The notes under the pieces: model-generated | What the model saw: the letters and a program-made list of their open reading frames with translations, nothing else | Told to the model about the DNA's origin: nothing | Databases searched by the model: none | Source of the DNA: Gemmatimonadota bacterium | GTDB lineage: Bacteria; Gemmatimonadota; Gemmatimonadetes; Gemmatimonadales; GWC2-71-9 | Reading direction: 5' to 3' | Assembly (NCBI GenBank): GCA_036679605.1 | Contig: JAZDCZ010000347.1 | Coordinates: forward strand, 1-64,000 | DNA: 64,000 bases | Translations under genes and position numbers: made by a program | Part shown: positions 18,949 through 28,390 of the stretch, piece by piece | How positions within the stretch are numbered: position 1 is the first letter of the stretch | How the letters are laid out: every line of letters begins with the position of its first letter

Positions 18949-21915
18949 TTACTGCACGTCCTGCGGGTCTCGCAGCTCGATCCGCGGCCCCAAAGTGTTT
19001 CGATCGTCCGTAGCCAGGATGCCTGTGACAGTTACGCTCGCCCCGACGGTCCAATCGGCCGACGCACGTCCGTTGCGGCTGTCGACGAACACCGTGAACG
19101 TGGTGCCGGCTCCGTCGGTTAGAAACACCATATGGTTGTCAAAGCTGAACACCTGTAAGCTGTCGACCGTACCCGAAGCCGACACCAGTTCGCCCTGGAA
19201 GTTTCCGGCGTTCACCTGGGCTCCAGTGACCGTACGCGGATTCGGAACCGATTCTGATCCAAGCGCGATTGCGTCGGTTAGTGTGGAGACCTGGGCTTCG
19301 CCGCGGAACGCCCCTCCTGTGCCCACCAGGAGAATCCGGTCGCCCCGCTGGAGAGTCCCTGCAATATCATTGCCGTCGAATACGTTGATACCACCCGTCG
19401 CATCTTGCAGGTAGTAGCTACTGATATCCCACGATTGTTGCCACGTGACCACTCCCTGCACGGCAACCACAACGCCACCCATGCCACGCGCAGCAGAGAC
19501 GCTCGTGCCAATATCAGTCGTGAAGCGGGCCTCGACGCGCGGTGCCGGCGTGTTGCGATCGTCAGTTCCCAACACGCCCACAACATCGTAGCGTGCACCG
19601 ACGACCCACATTGCCGCAGTTAACCCGGTCCGGTTGTCCGCCAATACCGTGAACACGGTTCCCGTACCATCGTCGATGGAAACTGTCTGTGTCCCGAACC
19701 CGTCAACTGCCACGTTGGTAACGGTGCCACTGCCCTTGACGAGTTGCCCCTGGAACTGACCGCCGTTGATCTCCGCGGCAGTGGCAGCTTGCGGGGTTGG
19801 CAGCGACTGCTGGCCCAAGACCGTCAGCTGGTTGACGGTGCCGATCTGTACCTCTCCACGGAACGAACTAACGACTCCCGTGATCTGAACGACATTGCCT
19901 TCATCCAGCATAGGACTGGCGCCGTCGAACACCGAAATGCCGCCGGTGGCATCTTCGAAGAAATAGACGCGATCATCCCATTGGTTCTGCCAGGTCACTA
20001 CGCCCTGGACAGTGACCGTCTGCCCGTCCATCCCGCGTGCCGTTGCGATGGTGACGTTGGCCACAGCAGCTACCACGTCAGTTGGGCTCCGAAGCTCGAT
20101 TCGCGGAGCCAGCGTGTTCCGGTCGTCCGTGCTGAGCACGCCGGTAATGCGGGACGTGACACCTACCGTCCAATCTGCGGAGGCGCGCCCGTTCCGGCTA
20201 TCGACGAACACGGTAAAAATTGTTCCCGCACCGTCAGTGGCGAACACCATGTGGTTGTCGAAGCTGAACACCTGTAAGCTGTCAACCATACCCACGGCGG
20301 TTACGAGTTCGCCCTGGAATGAGCCGGCGTTGATTTGCGCACCAGTCACGACCCGCGGCAGCGGCACCGCTTCATTACCGAGCGGGAACACCTGGGTGAG
20401 CGTGGAGATCTGGGTATTGCCGCGGAACGCGCCTATCGTGCCCACTACTCTGATGCGGTCACCCGCTGCAAGCGTCCCAGCAATGTCATTGCCGTCGAAT
20501 GCGTTGATACCGCCTGTAGCATCTTGCAAGAAGTAGCTACTGATATCCCACGGCTTCTGCCATGTCACTACGCCCTCGATAAACACAGACGCCCCGCTCA
20601 TCGTCCTGGCGTCTGCGATAGACGTGACCGCACCGCCCAACGCAAGGTCACTGGGCTGACGTAGTTCCAACCGCGCCGAGAGGGTGTTACGGTCATCGAA
20701 GCCGAGGACACCCTTGAGGGTCACTTCACTTCCCACCGTCCAGTCAGTCGAAGCAACCCCGTTACGGCTGTCGACGACCGCGGTGAATATCGTTCCGGCA
20801 GCGTCCGTGAGGAACACGGTGTGGTTATCAAAGTTGAAGACCTGCAGACTGTCGACCTTGCCGTCTATCGTGACAAACTGTCCTTGGAACGAGCCCGCAT
20901 TGATCTCGGCGCCAGAAACCGGCCGGGCCGTCGGCTCGCCGACAGCGCCCAAGGCCTGCACGGTTACGATACTGTTGAGTTGGACCTCGCCGCGGAACGA
21001 ACTCTTGGTTCCGGTTATCCGGATGCTATCTCCAGCCAGCAGGCCGCCCGACGCCAAGAATGCGACGGTATCTCCGTCGAATACTGCGAACCCTGCCGTG
21101 CCATCCTGCAGGAAGTACTGGCGCTTGTCCCACTGTGCCTGCCACGTGACCACGGCCTCTATCGTGACCGTTCTGCCGTCGGGAAGGCTACGGGCATCTG
21201 AGGCATCAATCAGCAGATCGCCGGTGAACTCGATGGGAACTGCCGCTTGAACATCGGCCGAGACGGTAATCGATTGGGTCAAGCCGGCCACGATGGTCAT
21301 GCTGGGGAGTGGAACGACCTCCAAGGTGTAGGCGCCTGGCCGGAGAGTTTCGAACATGTATGCACCGGCCGCGTCCGTCGCGGTCTGCGCGAGGGTGTCG
21401 CCAGTTGTCACTTGACCTTGGAACAGCAACAGTGGGATGCCTGCTGCCGGCGTGTCGTCCGCGGCATTGAACACCGAGTCACCGTTGTCGTCGCGGAAAA
21501 CCACGCCCGCGATTACGCCCGGCAAAAACGAGTGCCGGAACTCCGCCTCAATGGTACCTCCCTCAAATTGAGCGGCCACCGTTGGCTTGCTCGACGTCGC
21601 CAGAACGGCTCCCGCCGGGACCACTCCGGTGAAGGACAGCTCGTAGCCCCCGGGGGTCAGCTGGAAAGTGGCCAGGCCACTGGCATCTGTATCTTGGGAT
21701 GCTGCGGTTTCATCGGCGGCCACAGCACTGACGGTGATGGAAGCAATCGGAATATCAGTGGCGGCATCGAAGGAACCGTTGCCGTCAGCGTCCACATACA
21801 CGCGGACATTCAAGGTCGTGGCGGTACCCTCTACCAGCGTGATACTGTCGTCGCTGCAACTAAGGGAACCAATGATGACGACAGCAAGCAACGGCCGTAG
21901 GAAAGAGCGAGTCAT
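18949..21915 (-). CDS. Large lipoprotein with two SdrD-B-like domains and four tandem double-OB-fold repeats
   Basis: Lipobox SLSC; VYVDADGNGSFD and VFRDDNGDSVFN; four ~185-195 aa repeats with VVTWQxxWD...QDATGG...FQGxLV...DDRNT. Confidence 0.78.
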   Translation of the reverse strand: MTRSFLRPLLAVVIIGSLSCSDDSITLVEGTATTLNVRVYVDADGNGSFDAATDIPIASITVSAVAADETAASQDTDASGLATFQLTPGGYELSFTGVVPAGAVLATSSKPTVAAQFEGGTIEAEFRHSFLPGVIAGVVFRDDNGDSVFNAADDTPAAGIPLLLFQGQVTTGDTLAQTATDAAGAYMFETLRPGAYTLEVVPLPSMTIVAGLTQSITVSADVQAAVPIEFTGDLLIDASDARSLPDGRTVTIEAVVTWQAQWDKRQYFLQDGTAGFAVFDGDTVAFLASGGLLAGDSIRITGTKSSFRGEVQLNSIVTVQALGAVGEPTARPVSGAEINAGSFQGQFVTIDGKVDSLQVFNFDNHTVFLTDAAGTIFTAVVDSRNGVASTDWTVGSEVTLKGVLGFDDRNTLSARLELRQPSDLALGGAVTSIADARTMSGASVFIEGVVTWQKPWDISSYFLQDATGGINAFDGNDIAGTLAAGDRIRVVGTIGAFRGNTQISTLTQVFPLGNEAVPLPRVVTGAQINAGSFQGELVTAVGMVDSLQVFSFDNHMVFATDGAGTIFTVFVDSRNGRASADWTVGVTSRITGVLSTDDRNTLAPRIELRSPTDVVAAVANVTIATARGMDGQTVTVQGVVTWQNQWDDRVYFFEDATGGISVFDGASPMLDEGNVVQITGVVSSFRGEVQIGTVNQLTVLGQQSLPTPQAATAAEINGGQFQGQLVKGSGTVTNVAVDGFGTQTVSIDDGTGTVFTVLADNRTGLTAAMWVVGARYDVVGVLGTDDRNTPAPRVEARFTTDIGTSVSAARGMGGVVVAVQGVVTWQQSWDISSYYLQDATGGINVFDGNDIAGTLQRGDRILLVGTGGAFRGEAQVSTLTDAIALGSESVPNPRTVTGAQVNAGNFQGELVSASGTVDSLQVFSFDNHMVFLTDGAGTTFTVFVDSRNGRASADWTVGASVTVTGILATDDRNTLGPRIELRDPQDVQ
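18952..21216 (-). repeat. Four intragenic tandem repeats of about 555-580 bp
   Basis: Approximate units 21216-20635, 20634-20071, 20070-19507 and 19506-18952. Units 2 and 4 share long identical DNA stretches, e.g. AAGCTGAACACCTGTAAGCTGTC. Confidence 0.85.
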
Positions 21916-22141
21916 TCGGTGCTCCGGAACACGTGGTCGAAAAAGATTAGTTGGCCTATCAAAATGTCCAAGCAGCGCTATCTTTTGAAACAATCTCTAT
22001 AAAGTACTGACAAGTTTTTTTAGACTGACTATGAAAAGGACCTACTTACAGATAACAGCGTCACCCGTGCGGTCTCGGATCGGGAAGATCCTTCGTATTT
22101 TCTACCACTTGGTACCGACCGCGTCAAGAGGCCGGCCAGGA

Positions 22142-23350
22142 TTGACGCTGAAGACGATCCTGACGGGATTGCTCCTCATTTCGTGTTCCGGTGGTAACAC
22201 ACCGTCTGATCCCGGTGACCGCGCTCCTACGATCTCGATCGTCGGAGTTACGAACGGTGATTCGGTACCAAACCCAATAACCATAACGATTTCTGTCGAT
22301 CTCGGCGGTTTCACAGCCGAACTCAATGGGACGTCGTTCACATCGGGCCGAACCGTTAGTGATCCCGGAGATTACGTCCTGACAGTCGATGCTCGGAACG
22401 GTGAAGCGGTCTCCTCGTTGGAACTCCGGTTCACTATCGTCCTTGGGGGCGAAACTCGACTGATAGTCCGTTTCTTCGATCTGGGCGAGAACGAATCCGG
22501 CGGCGGCGGCGACGCGATCTTACTCACGGACTCATCGGGCGCGGGGCTTCGTCATATCGTAATCGATGCCGGGCCGGCCGGTATTGCAGCGTCGGATCCC
22601 GATTTTGTCTTCCGCCGCCTCCAACAGTTAGGCGTGGACACCATCGATGCTATGATCCTCTCGCATGCCCACGCCGATCACTTCGATGGCATGTCGGCAA
22701 TCCTGTCAGGGATATTCGTGCGTCGTTTTTTCTATAACGGCCAGGTTCGAAATTTCTCCCGGTACAACAACACCATAACGCTTGCCGGGCAACGAGCTGG
22801 TGAAGTCACGATTCCCTCGGTCGTCGTCGACTTGACCTTGGGCTTCGGAACCACGCCCACGGAATTGGCCGTACTGACACCGCTTACGACCTTCCTCGGA
22901 AACGCTGCGGCCGACGGCAGCCAGATCAACGAGGGTTCGCTCGGTACCGATGTGCGAAAAGGAACTTTTCGGATGTTTTTCACGGGAGATTCAGAGGTGG
23001 CGGCGAATCAACGCTGGCGGACGCAGTTTGCAGCGAGGACCCAGAACCTAACAGCTCTCAAGGGGGGACATCACGGGGCCAATGACGCCACATTCGACAA
23101 CGGCTTCAACGGAAACTCGGCCTGGCTTACCCACACTGCACCAGAGATTGCCGTCATCAGCGCAAACGGCGTCACCCATCCACGCCGGAACGCCACCTCG
23201 AAATACATGTCGCTTACAACGACTCGGACATACTGCACCAACGTCCACGGTGACATCGAAATTCGGATCGCCGAATCCGGGATGTTCCAGGTAACGGTGG
23301 AGCGGAATCCCGCCGCAGATTGCGTTCCTGGAAGGGACGCGAGCACCTAG
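22142..23350 (+). CDS. ComEC/Rec2-type metallo-beta-lactamase-fold hydrolase lipoprotein with an N-terminal Ig-like domain
   Basis: SHAHADHFDG, FTGDSE, LKGGHHGA, AVISANGVTHP, YCTNVHGDI; lipobox LISC. TTG start at 22142 is inferred; the ORF is open from 22031. Confidence 0.82.
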   Translation: MTLKTILTGLLLISCSGGNTPSDPGDRAPTISIVGVTNGDSVPNPITITISVDLGGFTAELNGTSFTSGRTVSDPGDYVLTVDARNGEAVSSLELRFTIVLGGETRLIVRFFDLGENESGGGGDAILLTDSSGAGLRHIVIDAGPAGIAASDPDFVFRRLQQLGVDTIDAMILSHAHADHFDGMSAILSGIFVRRFFYNGQVRNFSRYNNTITLAGQRAGEVTIPSVVVDLTLGFGTTPTELAVLTPLTTFLGNAAADGSQINEGSLGTDVRKGTFRMFFTGDSEVAANQRWRTQFAARTQNLTALKGGHHGANDATFDNGFNGNSAWLTHTAPEIAVISANGVTHPRRNATSKYMSLTTTRTYCTNVHGDIEIRIAESGMFQVTVERNPAADCVPGRDAST

Positions 23351-23361
23351 TAAGGGGCACA

Positions 23362-23394
23362 CCTTCATCAAATCTTTCAGAAATCTTCATACAA
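23362..23394 (+). promoter_or_regulatory. Three 11-bp-periodic direct repeats, possible OmpR/PhoB-family binding site
   Basis: CCTTCATCAAA / TCTTTCAGAAA / TCTTCATACAA, upstream of the radical SAM gene. Confidence 0.4.
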
Positions 23395-23498
23395 CAGGAG
23401 CCCTGTATGTAGAAATTACCAGGTTAGCGACATTACTACACTGGAGACGAAAATATGTGTGACTGGTTGACCAAGGTAACGGCCTGGGACAGCGGGCA

Positions 23499-25178
23499 AT
23501 GATTCAGGCAATGTCGGCTGACTCGATCGAGCATCCTCGCCATCCCTTGAAATCCCGTGCACGAGTGCTGCTGACCAGCGTATTCGGCCCCTATGCACAG
23601 GACGACGAATACGGCAGTCGGGCAATCAACCCGATGGAACTGTACCACAACCAGGTTACCAGAGTACAGCGAGCATTCTCACTCAGAATGTTTCACCGGT
23701 CCTGGGGCCTGATGCTGATCAAGAACAATATCTCAGCACCATGCACGTTGCTCGATTTCCCGTCCCTCGATCGGTTCGTCGAGGAAATTACCGCCGGTCA
23801 ATACGACATCGTGGGCATCGGAGCGATCCAGCCCAACGTCTTGAAGGTGCAGAAGATGTGCGAATTGATTCGCCAACATCTACCTAATGCCACCATCGTC
23901 GTTGGAGGACACGTCGCGAACGTGCCTGCCCTAGAGTCACGGATCGACGCTGACTACATCGTGAAGGGTGAAGGCGTGCGTTGGATGCGTCGTTTTCTCT
24001 CAGAGGATGAAAGCGCTCGCATTAAGCATCCGCATATCGTCTCAGGGATCGGCGCGCGCACCTTGGGACTGACGCTCCGTGGCAAGCCGCGCGACACGGC
24101 GGCCACCCTGATCCCTTCCGTCGGCTGTCCTCTGGGCTGCAACTTCTGCGCGACCTCCGCGATGTTCGGTGGCAAGGGCAAATTTGTCCACTTCTACGAA
24201 ACGGGAGATGAACTGTTCGAGGTCATGTGTGAACTTGAAGCGGCCATGCGCGTGCAGTCATTTTTCGTCATGGACGAGAACTTCTTGTTGCACCGAAAGC
24301 GCGCTCTGCGATTGTTGGACCTCATGGTGGAACACGACAAGCCATGGGCCTTGTACATCTTTAGCTCCGCCAACATTCTGCGCAAGTACACGATCGAGCA
24401 GTTGGTCGCGCTCGGAATTTCCTGGGTCTGGATGGGGCTCGAAGGAGAGGGCGCGGAGTATGCAAAACTCAAGGGCACCGACACCAAGGCGTTGGTCCGT
24501 TCTCTACAGTCACACGGTATTCGTGTGCTCGGCTCCACTATCATTGGCCTCGAAGAACACACACCCGACAATATCGATGCCGCCATTGATTATGCCGTCA
24601 GCCACGACACCGAGTTTCATCAGTTCATGCTATACACGGCTGTAGCGGGAACTCCGTTGTACGCTCAACACAAGGCAACCGGTATGCTCGTTGATGACTC
24701 CGAATGCGCCGACGCCGACCGCCATGGGCAGTTCAAGTTCAACCACAAGCACCCGCATATCAAAGACGGACAAGAAACGGAGATTCTGTTGAAGGCCTTC
24801 AATCGGGACTTCAAGATAAACGGACCGAGTATCGTGAGAGTCGTGCGAACGACGTTACAGGGATGGCAGCGGTACAAGCACCATCCCGACCTGCGGATCC
24901 GAAGGAGGTTTGCCTTTGAGGCCCGCGACCTGTCTGTAAGCCTTGCCGGTGCTATCTGGGCGGCCCGCAGGTGGTTCCGCTCCAATCCGGTTCTTAAGCC
25001 TAAGATTACGGAAGTCTTGAAAGACTTGTACCGGGAATTCGGGTTCAAGTCTCGTGTGTTGGCACCGCTTGTCGGGCGGTACCTTCAGTTCACACTGCGG
25101 CGTGAGGAGCGGCGCTTACGACGAGGCTGGACCTACGAGCCGCCCACATTCTACGAGAAGGCGACTAACCAAGCATAG
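23499..25178 (+). CDS. Cobalamin-binding radical SAM protein
   Basis: B12-binding region (DIVGIGA...IVVGGH...GEG) and CPLGCNFC; DEN, GLE and GTPLY motifs. Confidence 0.9.
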   Translation: MIQAMSADSIEHPRHPLKSRARVLLTSVFGPYAQDDEYGSRAINPMELYHNQVTRVQRAFSLRMFHRSWGLMLIKNNISAPCTLLDFPSLDRFVEEITAGQYDIVGIGAIQPNVLKVQKMCELIRQHLPNATIVVGGHVANVPALESRIDADYIVKGEGVRWMRRFLSEDESARIKHPHIVSGIGARTLGLTLRGKPRDTAATLIPSVGCPLGCNFCATSAMFGGKGKFVHFYETGDELFEVMCELEAAMRVQSFFVMDENFLLHRKRALRLLDLMVEHDKPWALYIFSSANILRKYTIEQLVALGISWVWMGLEGEGAEYAKLKGTDTKALVRSLQSHGIRVLGSTIIGLEEHTPDNIDAAIDYAVSHDTEFHQFMLYTAVAGTPLYAQHKATGMLVDDSECADADRHGQFKFNHKHPHIKDGQETEILLKAFNRDFKINGPSIVRVVRTTLQGWQRYKHHPDLRIRRRFAFEARDLSVSLAGAIWAARRWFRSNPVLKPKITEVLKDLYREFGFKSRVLAPLVGRYLQFTLRREERRLRRGWTYEPPTFYEKATNQA

Positions 25179-25185
25179 GCGTCTT

Positions 25186-27492
25186 CTAGGACACCGATGT
25201 TTGGTCCAGTAGCTCCCTAACACGGACCACCAGTTCGGTGAGCGTCCAAGGCTTGCTGAGAAATGGGAGTCCTGCATCGAGAGCCGCGCTCTCGCGCACG
25301 TCACGCGCTGTGTACCCACTGGTGAACAAGAACTTCAGGTTTCTGCCTTCGCGCTTCAGAGTATCGAACAATTCACGACCGCCCAACTTGGGCATGATTA
25401 GATCCGACATAACCAGTTCGACCACCGACCCGTGCGTCCGAAGCAACGCTAGCGCATCTTCGCCGTCCCCGGCCGTCAGCACCGTGTAACCAAATTTCTC
25501 AAGAATCCGCGTCGCAGAACGAAGCAGCTCCGGCTGGTCGTCGACTACTAGGATGGTTTCTGTACCGCCCCGGAGTTCTGGAGCCGATCTGGGCAGGTGT
25601 GTCAAAACGCTCTCCTCACCTACCTGCCCTTCCACGATGGGAAAGAAGATCTTTATCGTGGTCCCTTGTCCGAGTTCGCTGTAAACGTCGACAAAACCCT
25701 CGTGCTGCTTAACCAACCCATAGATCATCGCCATCCCGAGCCCGGTTCCAATTCCCGGCTCTTTCGTCGTGAAAAAGGGCTCGAATATTTTTTTCTTGGT
25801 GGCCTCGTCCATGCCGGTTCCCGTGTCGCTCACCGAGAGGCATACATATTCTCCTGGTTCTCCCCACCCGTGCGTAGAGCGATATTCATCGTCGAGCCAC
25901 GCACGGCGCACCTCGATGCGCAAAATGCCGCTTTGCGGCATGGCATCACGTGCATTGTTGGCCAAGTTCAGAACGATTTGTTCTACGGCTGCCGCATCGG
26001 CGTTGACAGCACCGGCCGATTCTTCCATGCAAAGGCGGACATCTATGCGCGCGGGCAAAGCCCTACGCAACATGTCCGACATTTCGGAAACGACTATCCG
26101 TAAATCTATAGGTTTCAGCTCGATCGTCTGGCGGCGGCTAAAGCCAAGTAGCTTGCTCACCAGCTCTGTACCCCGCTGGGCGGACGTTTGTAGATCGCGC
26201 AACGAACTGAGTAGTTCGCCATCACCCTCCGGAAGGGAGTGCGCGATGAGATCCGCGTTACCCCGGATTACGGTGAGGAGGTTGTTGAAATCATGGGCGA
26301 TGCCCCCTGTTAACTGGCCCACGGCTTCCATCTTCTGCGACTGACGCAGCTGATTCGCGAGTTCAACCTCATGCGTCACATCACGCTTGACCGCGACGAA
26401 GTGGGTTATCTTTCCTTTGCCGTCTCGTACCGGAGTGATCGATGCGTCTTCCTCGTACAGCGTTCCATCCTTTCGCCGGTTAGTTATGTGTCCTTCCCAA
26501 ACACCCCCGCCTAGAATGGTCTCCCAAAACTGTTGGTAGAATTTCCGGTCATGCTTCCCGCTCTTCACCATCCGTGGGTTCTGGCCGACTAGCTCCGCAG
26601 CCGAGTAGCCGGTCGTAGCTTCAGCCGCAGGGTTCACATACACGATCGTTCCGCCGATGTCCGTAATGACTACGGACTCTACGGCTTGTTCCATGGCGGC
26701 AGTTAGCAACACTTGTTGCTTCTCCACGCGCCTGAGTCCGGTGATGTCCAACACCGTACCGACCATTCGGACGGGTATGCCGTGCTCATTACACTTCACA
26801 TCTCCGCGCGCACGGACATAGCGCACGTCACCGCTCGGCCGTACCACACGGTAGTCGATTTCATAGGTCCGTTTATCGGTCAACGCCGCCGCAATTTGCT
26901 TCAGCACAAAGTCCCTGTCCTCTGGATGCACCAGATTAGCTGTAGCGGCATACGTCGCCTCGTGTTCCTCCGGATCGATCCCGAAAATGCAGTACGTTTC
27001 GTCGGACCAATACATGTTGTCCGTAACCAAATTCCAGTCGATGAAGCCCAAGCTGGCCATGCTCTGCGCTGTGCGTAGCCGCTCCTCGCTTTCTCGCAAC
27101 TTCTCCAGTACCCGCTTACGGTCGGTGACGTCACGCACGACCCCACCAGTTCCTATAGTTATTCCCGCCTCGTCGCGAATCACCGAGATCGAGGCCTCTA
27201 CCGTTCGCCTTTCGCCATCCTTACGAATGATCTCCCAGCCGAAACCGCAAGCCGGTGCCCCCGTCCGATAGATCGAGCTGACGGTCGCCCGCACCGACTC
27301 CGCATTTGCGTCGTCCATGACTCGGGAGCTGTCCGATCCTAGAAGTTCGTCAGGCGTGAAACCGAGCATTTTACAAAGCTCGTCGTTCACGAAAGTGAAC
27401 GTGCCCCCAACGTCTACTTCGTAGTACCCCTCCTTCATGTCTCGAAGGATCGACTTGAGCTTTTCGTCACATGGGCTCTGCATGGCGTACAT
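25186..27492 (-). CDS. Hybrid sensor histidine kinase with three PAS domains and a receiver domain
   Basis: PAS/PAC repeats; GIAHDFNNLL H-box, NARDA, DTGTGM, FFTTK, GTGLG; receiver VVDD...SD...KP. Start uncertain (27483-27501). Confidence 0.92.
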   Translation of the reverse strand: MYAMQSPCDEKLKSILRDMKEGYYEVDVGGTFTFVNDELCKMLGFTPDELLGSDSSRVMDDANAESVRATVSSIYRTGAPACGFGWEIIRKDGERRTVEASISVIRDEAGITIGTGGVVRDVTDRKRVLEKLRESEERLRTAQSMASLGFIDWNLVTDNMYWSDETYCIFGIDPEEHEATYAATANLVHPEDRDFVLKQIAAALTDKRTYEIDYRVVRPSGDVRYVRARGDVKCNEHGIPVRMVGTVLDITGLRRVEKQQVLLTAAMEQAVESVVITDIGGTIVYVNPAAEATTGYSAAELVGQNPRMVKSGKHDRKFYQQFWETILGGGVWEGHITNRRKDGTLYEEDASITPVRDGKGKITHFVAVKRDVTHEVELANQLRQSQKMEAVGQLTGGIAHDFNNLLTVIRGNADLIAHSLPEGDGELLSSLRDLQTSAQRGTELVSKLLGFSRRQTIELKPIDLRIVVSEMSDMLRRALPARIDVRLCMEESAGAVNADAAAVEQIVLNLANNARDAMPQSGILRIEVRRAWLDDEYRSTHGWGEPGEYVCLSVSDTGTGMDEATKKKIFEPFFTTKEPGIGTGLGMAMIYGLVKQHEGFVDVYSELGQGTTIKIFFPIVEGQVGEESVLTHLPRSAPELRGGTETILVVDDQPELLRSATRILEKFGYTVLTAGDGEDALALLRTHGSVVELVMSDLIMPKLGGRELFDTLKREGRNLKFLFTSGYTARDVRESAALDAGLPFLSKPWTLTELVVRVRELLDQTSVS

Positions 27493-27685
27493 GACAGTCA
27501 CACGGGCTCCCTGGAGCATCGTTTTTGAGGGCCACCACTGTGGCGCTCCTTCAGTTATTATGAAAACAAACGGACTCCAAAGCGGGTTCCATCGATCGTG
27601 CCTTGCAGTAGTTGTCCCGTCGAGTACATTGACGAGATGTGAAGTGTAATGGGCCCGGGTAATTGGTTCAGCAAGGAGGCTCGAA

Positions 27686-28390
27686 ATGACCGCCGTCGCA
27701 AGAAGTTCCGCTCCCATCTTCCTGTTGCTCGCAGCTATCGCGACACCAGCTCTCTCCCAGGACCGGATTCTCACTCTTCATGACGTGAGTTCCGTGCTGG
27801 GTGACCTCATAGCTGGTACACCACTCGATTTCGTTGCAAAGGAGGAGATCAAGTATGGTGTGACCGGTAAGGCGCAATACGACGAGTTCCACCGGTCTTC
27901 CGCCATAGCCTATGGCGGTTTTGTGATCGGACAGGGACTGACAGATGACGCAACGATGAACCTGAAAAAGTATGCCCGCAACAAGGCCGCCGTGGCCGAA
28001 CTACAAGAGGAGATCTCGGCCTTGACCGCCGGGGCTGACACGTCCGAATGGACGATCGAGCAATCACTTGCGGTTCTTCAGGCCGCAAAGGCAAAAGACC
28101 AGCTCTCGGACGAAGAACGAGCTTACATGGTCAAGACGGCAACTCACCTCGCCGCTTGCATGCTAGTAGTCAAGAGTTCGATCTCAGCGTCCACTGAACT
28201 AACCGGTCAAGCTCCCGGGCTGATCAAGGGTGCGCGCTCGGCGTTCGGGTTGCGCAAAGCGGGAGGCGCCACGAAGAACGTGAAACGCAGCGCCGATCGT
28301 ATTAAGGCTATTCCGACGGATGGGCCTAAGCTCGTCGAGTCGCTCGTCGTGCTGTCGAAGGGCCTCAGCATGGTGTCTGGTGGAGCTTGA
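27686..28390 (+). CDS. Secreted helical hypothetical protein
   Basis: GGAGG RBS; signal peptide ending ALS-Q; Ala/Lys-rich helices; stop overlaps the next gene. Confidence 0.7.
   Translation: MTAVARSSAPIFLLLAAIATPALSQDRILTLHDVSSVLGDLIAGTPLDFVAKEEIKYGVTGKAQYDEFHRSSAIAYGGFVIGQGLTDDATMNLKKYARNKAAVAELQEEISALTAGADTSEWTIEQSLAVLQAAKAKDQLSDEERAYMVKTATHLAACMLVVKSSISASTELTGQAPGLIKGARSAFGLRKAGGATKNVKRSADRIKAIPTDGPKLVESLVVLSKGLSMVSGGA

Noticed and set aside
22142..23350. Full comEC competence channel or antibiotic beta-lactamase
   Set aside because: No multi-TM competence domain is present, and the motifs are ComEC-like rather than class B beta-lactamase-like.
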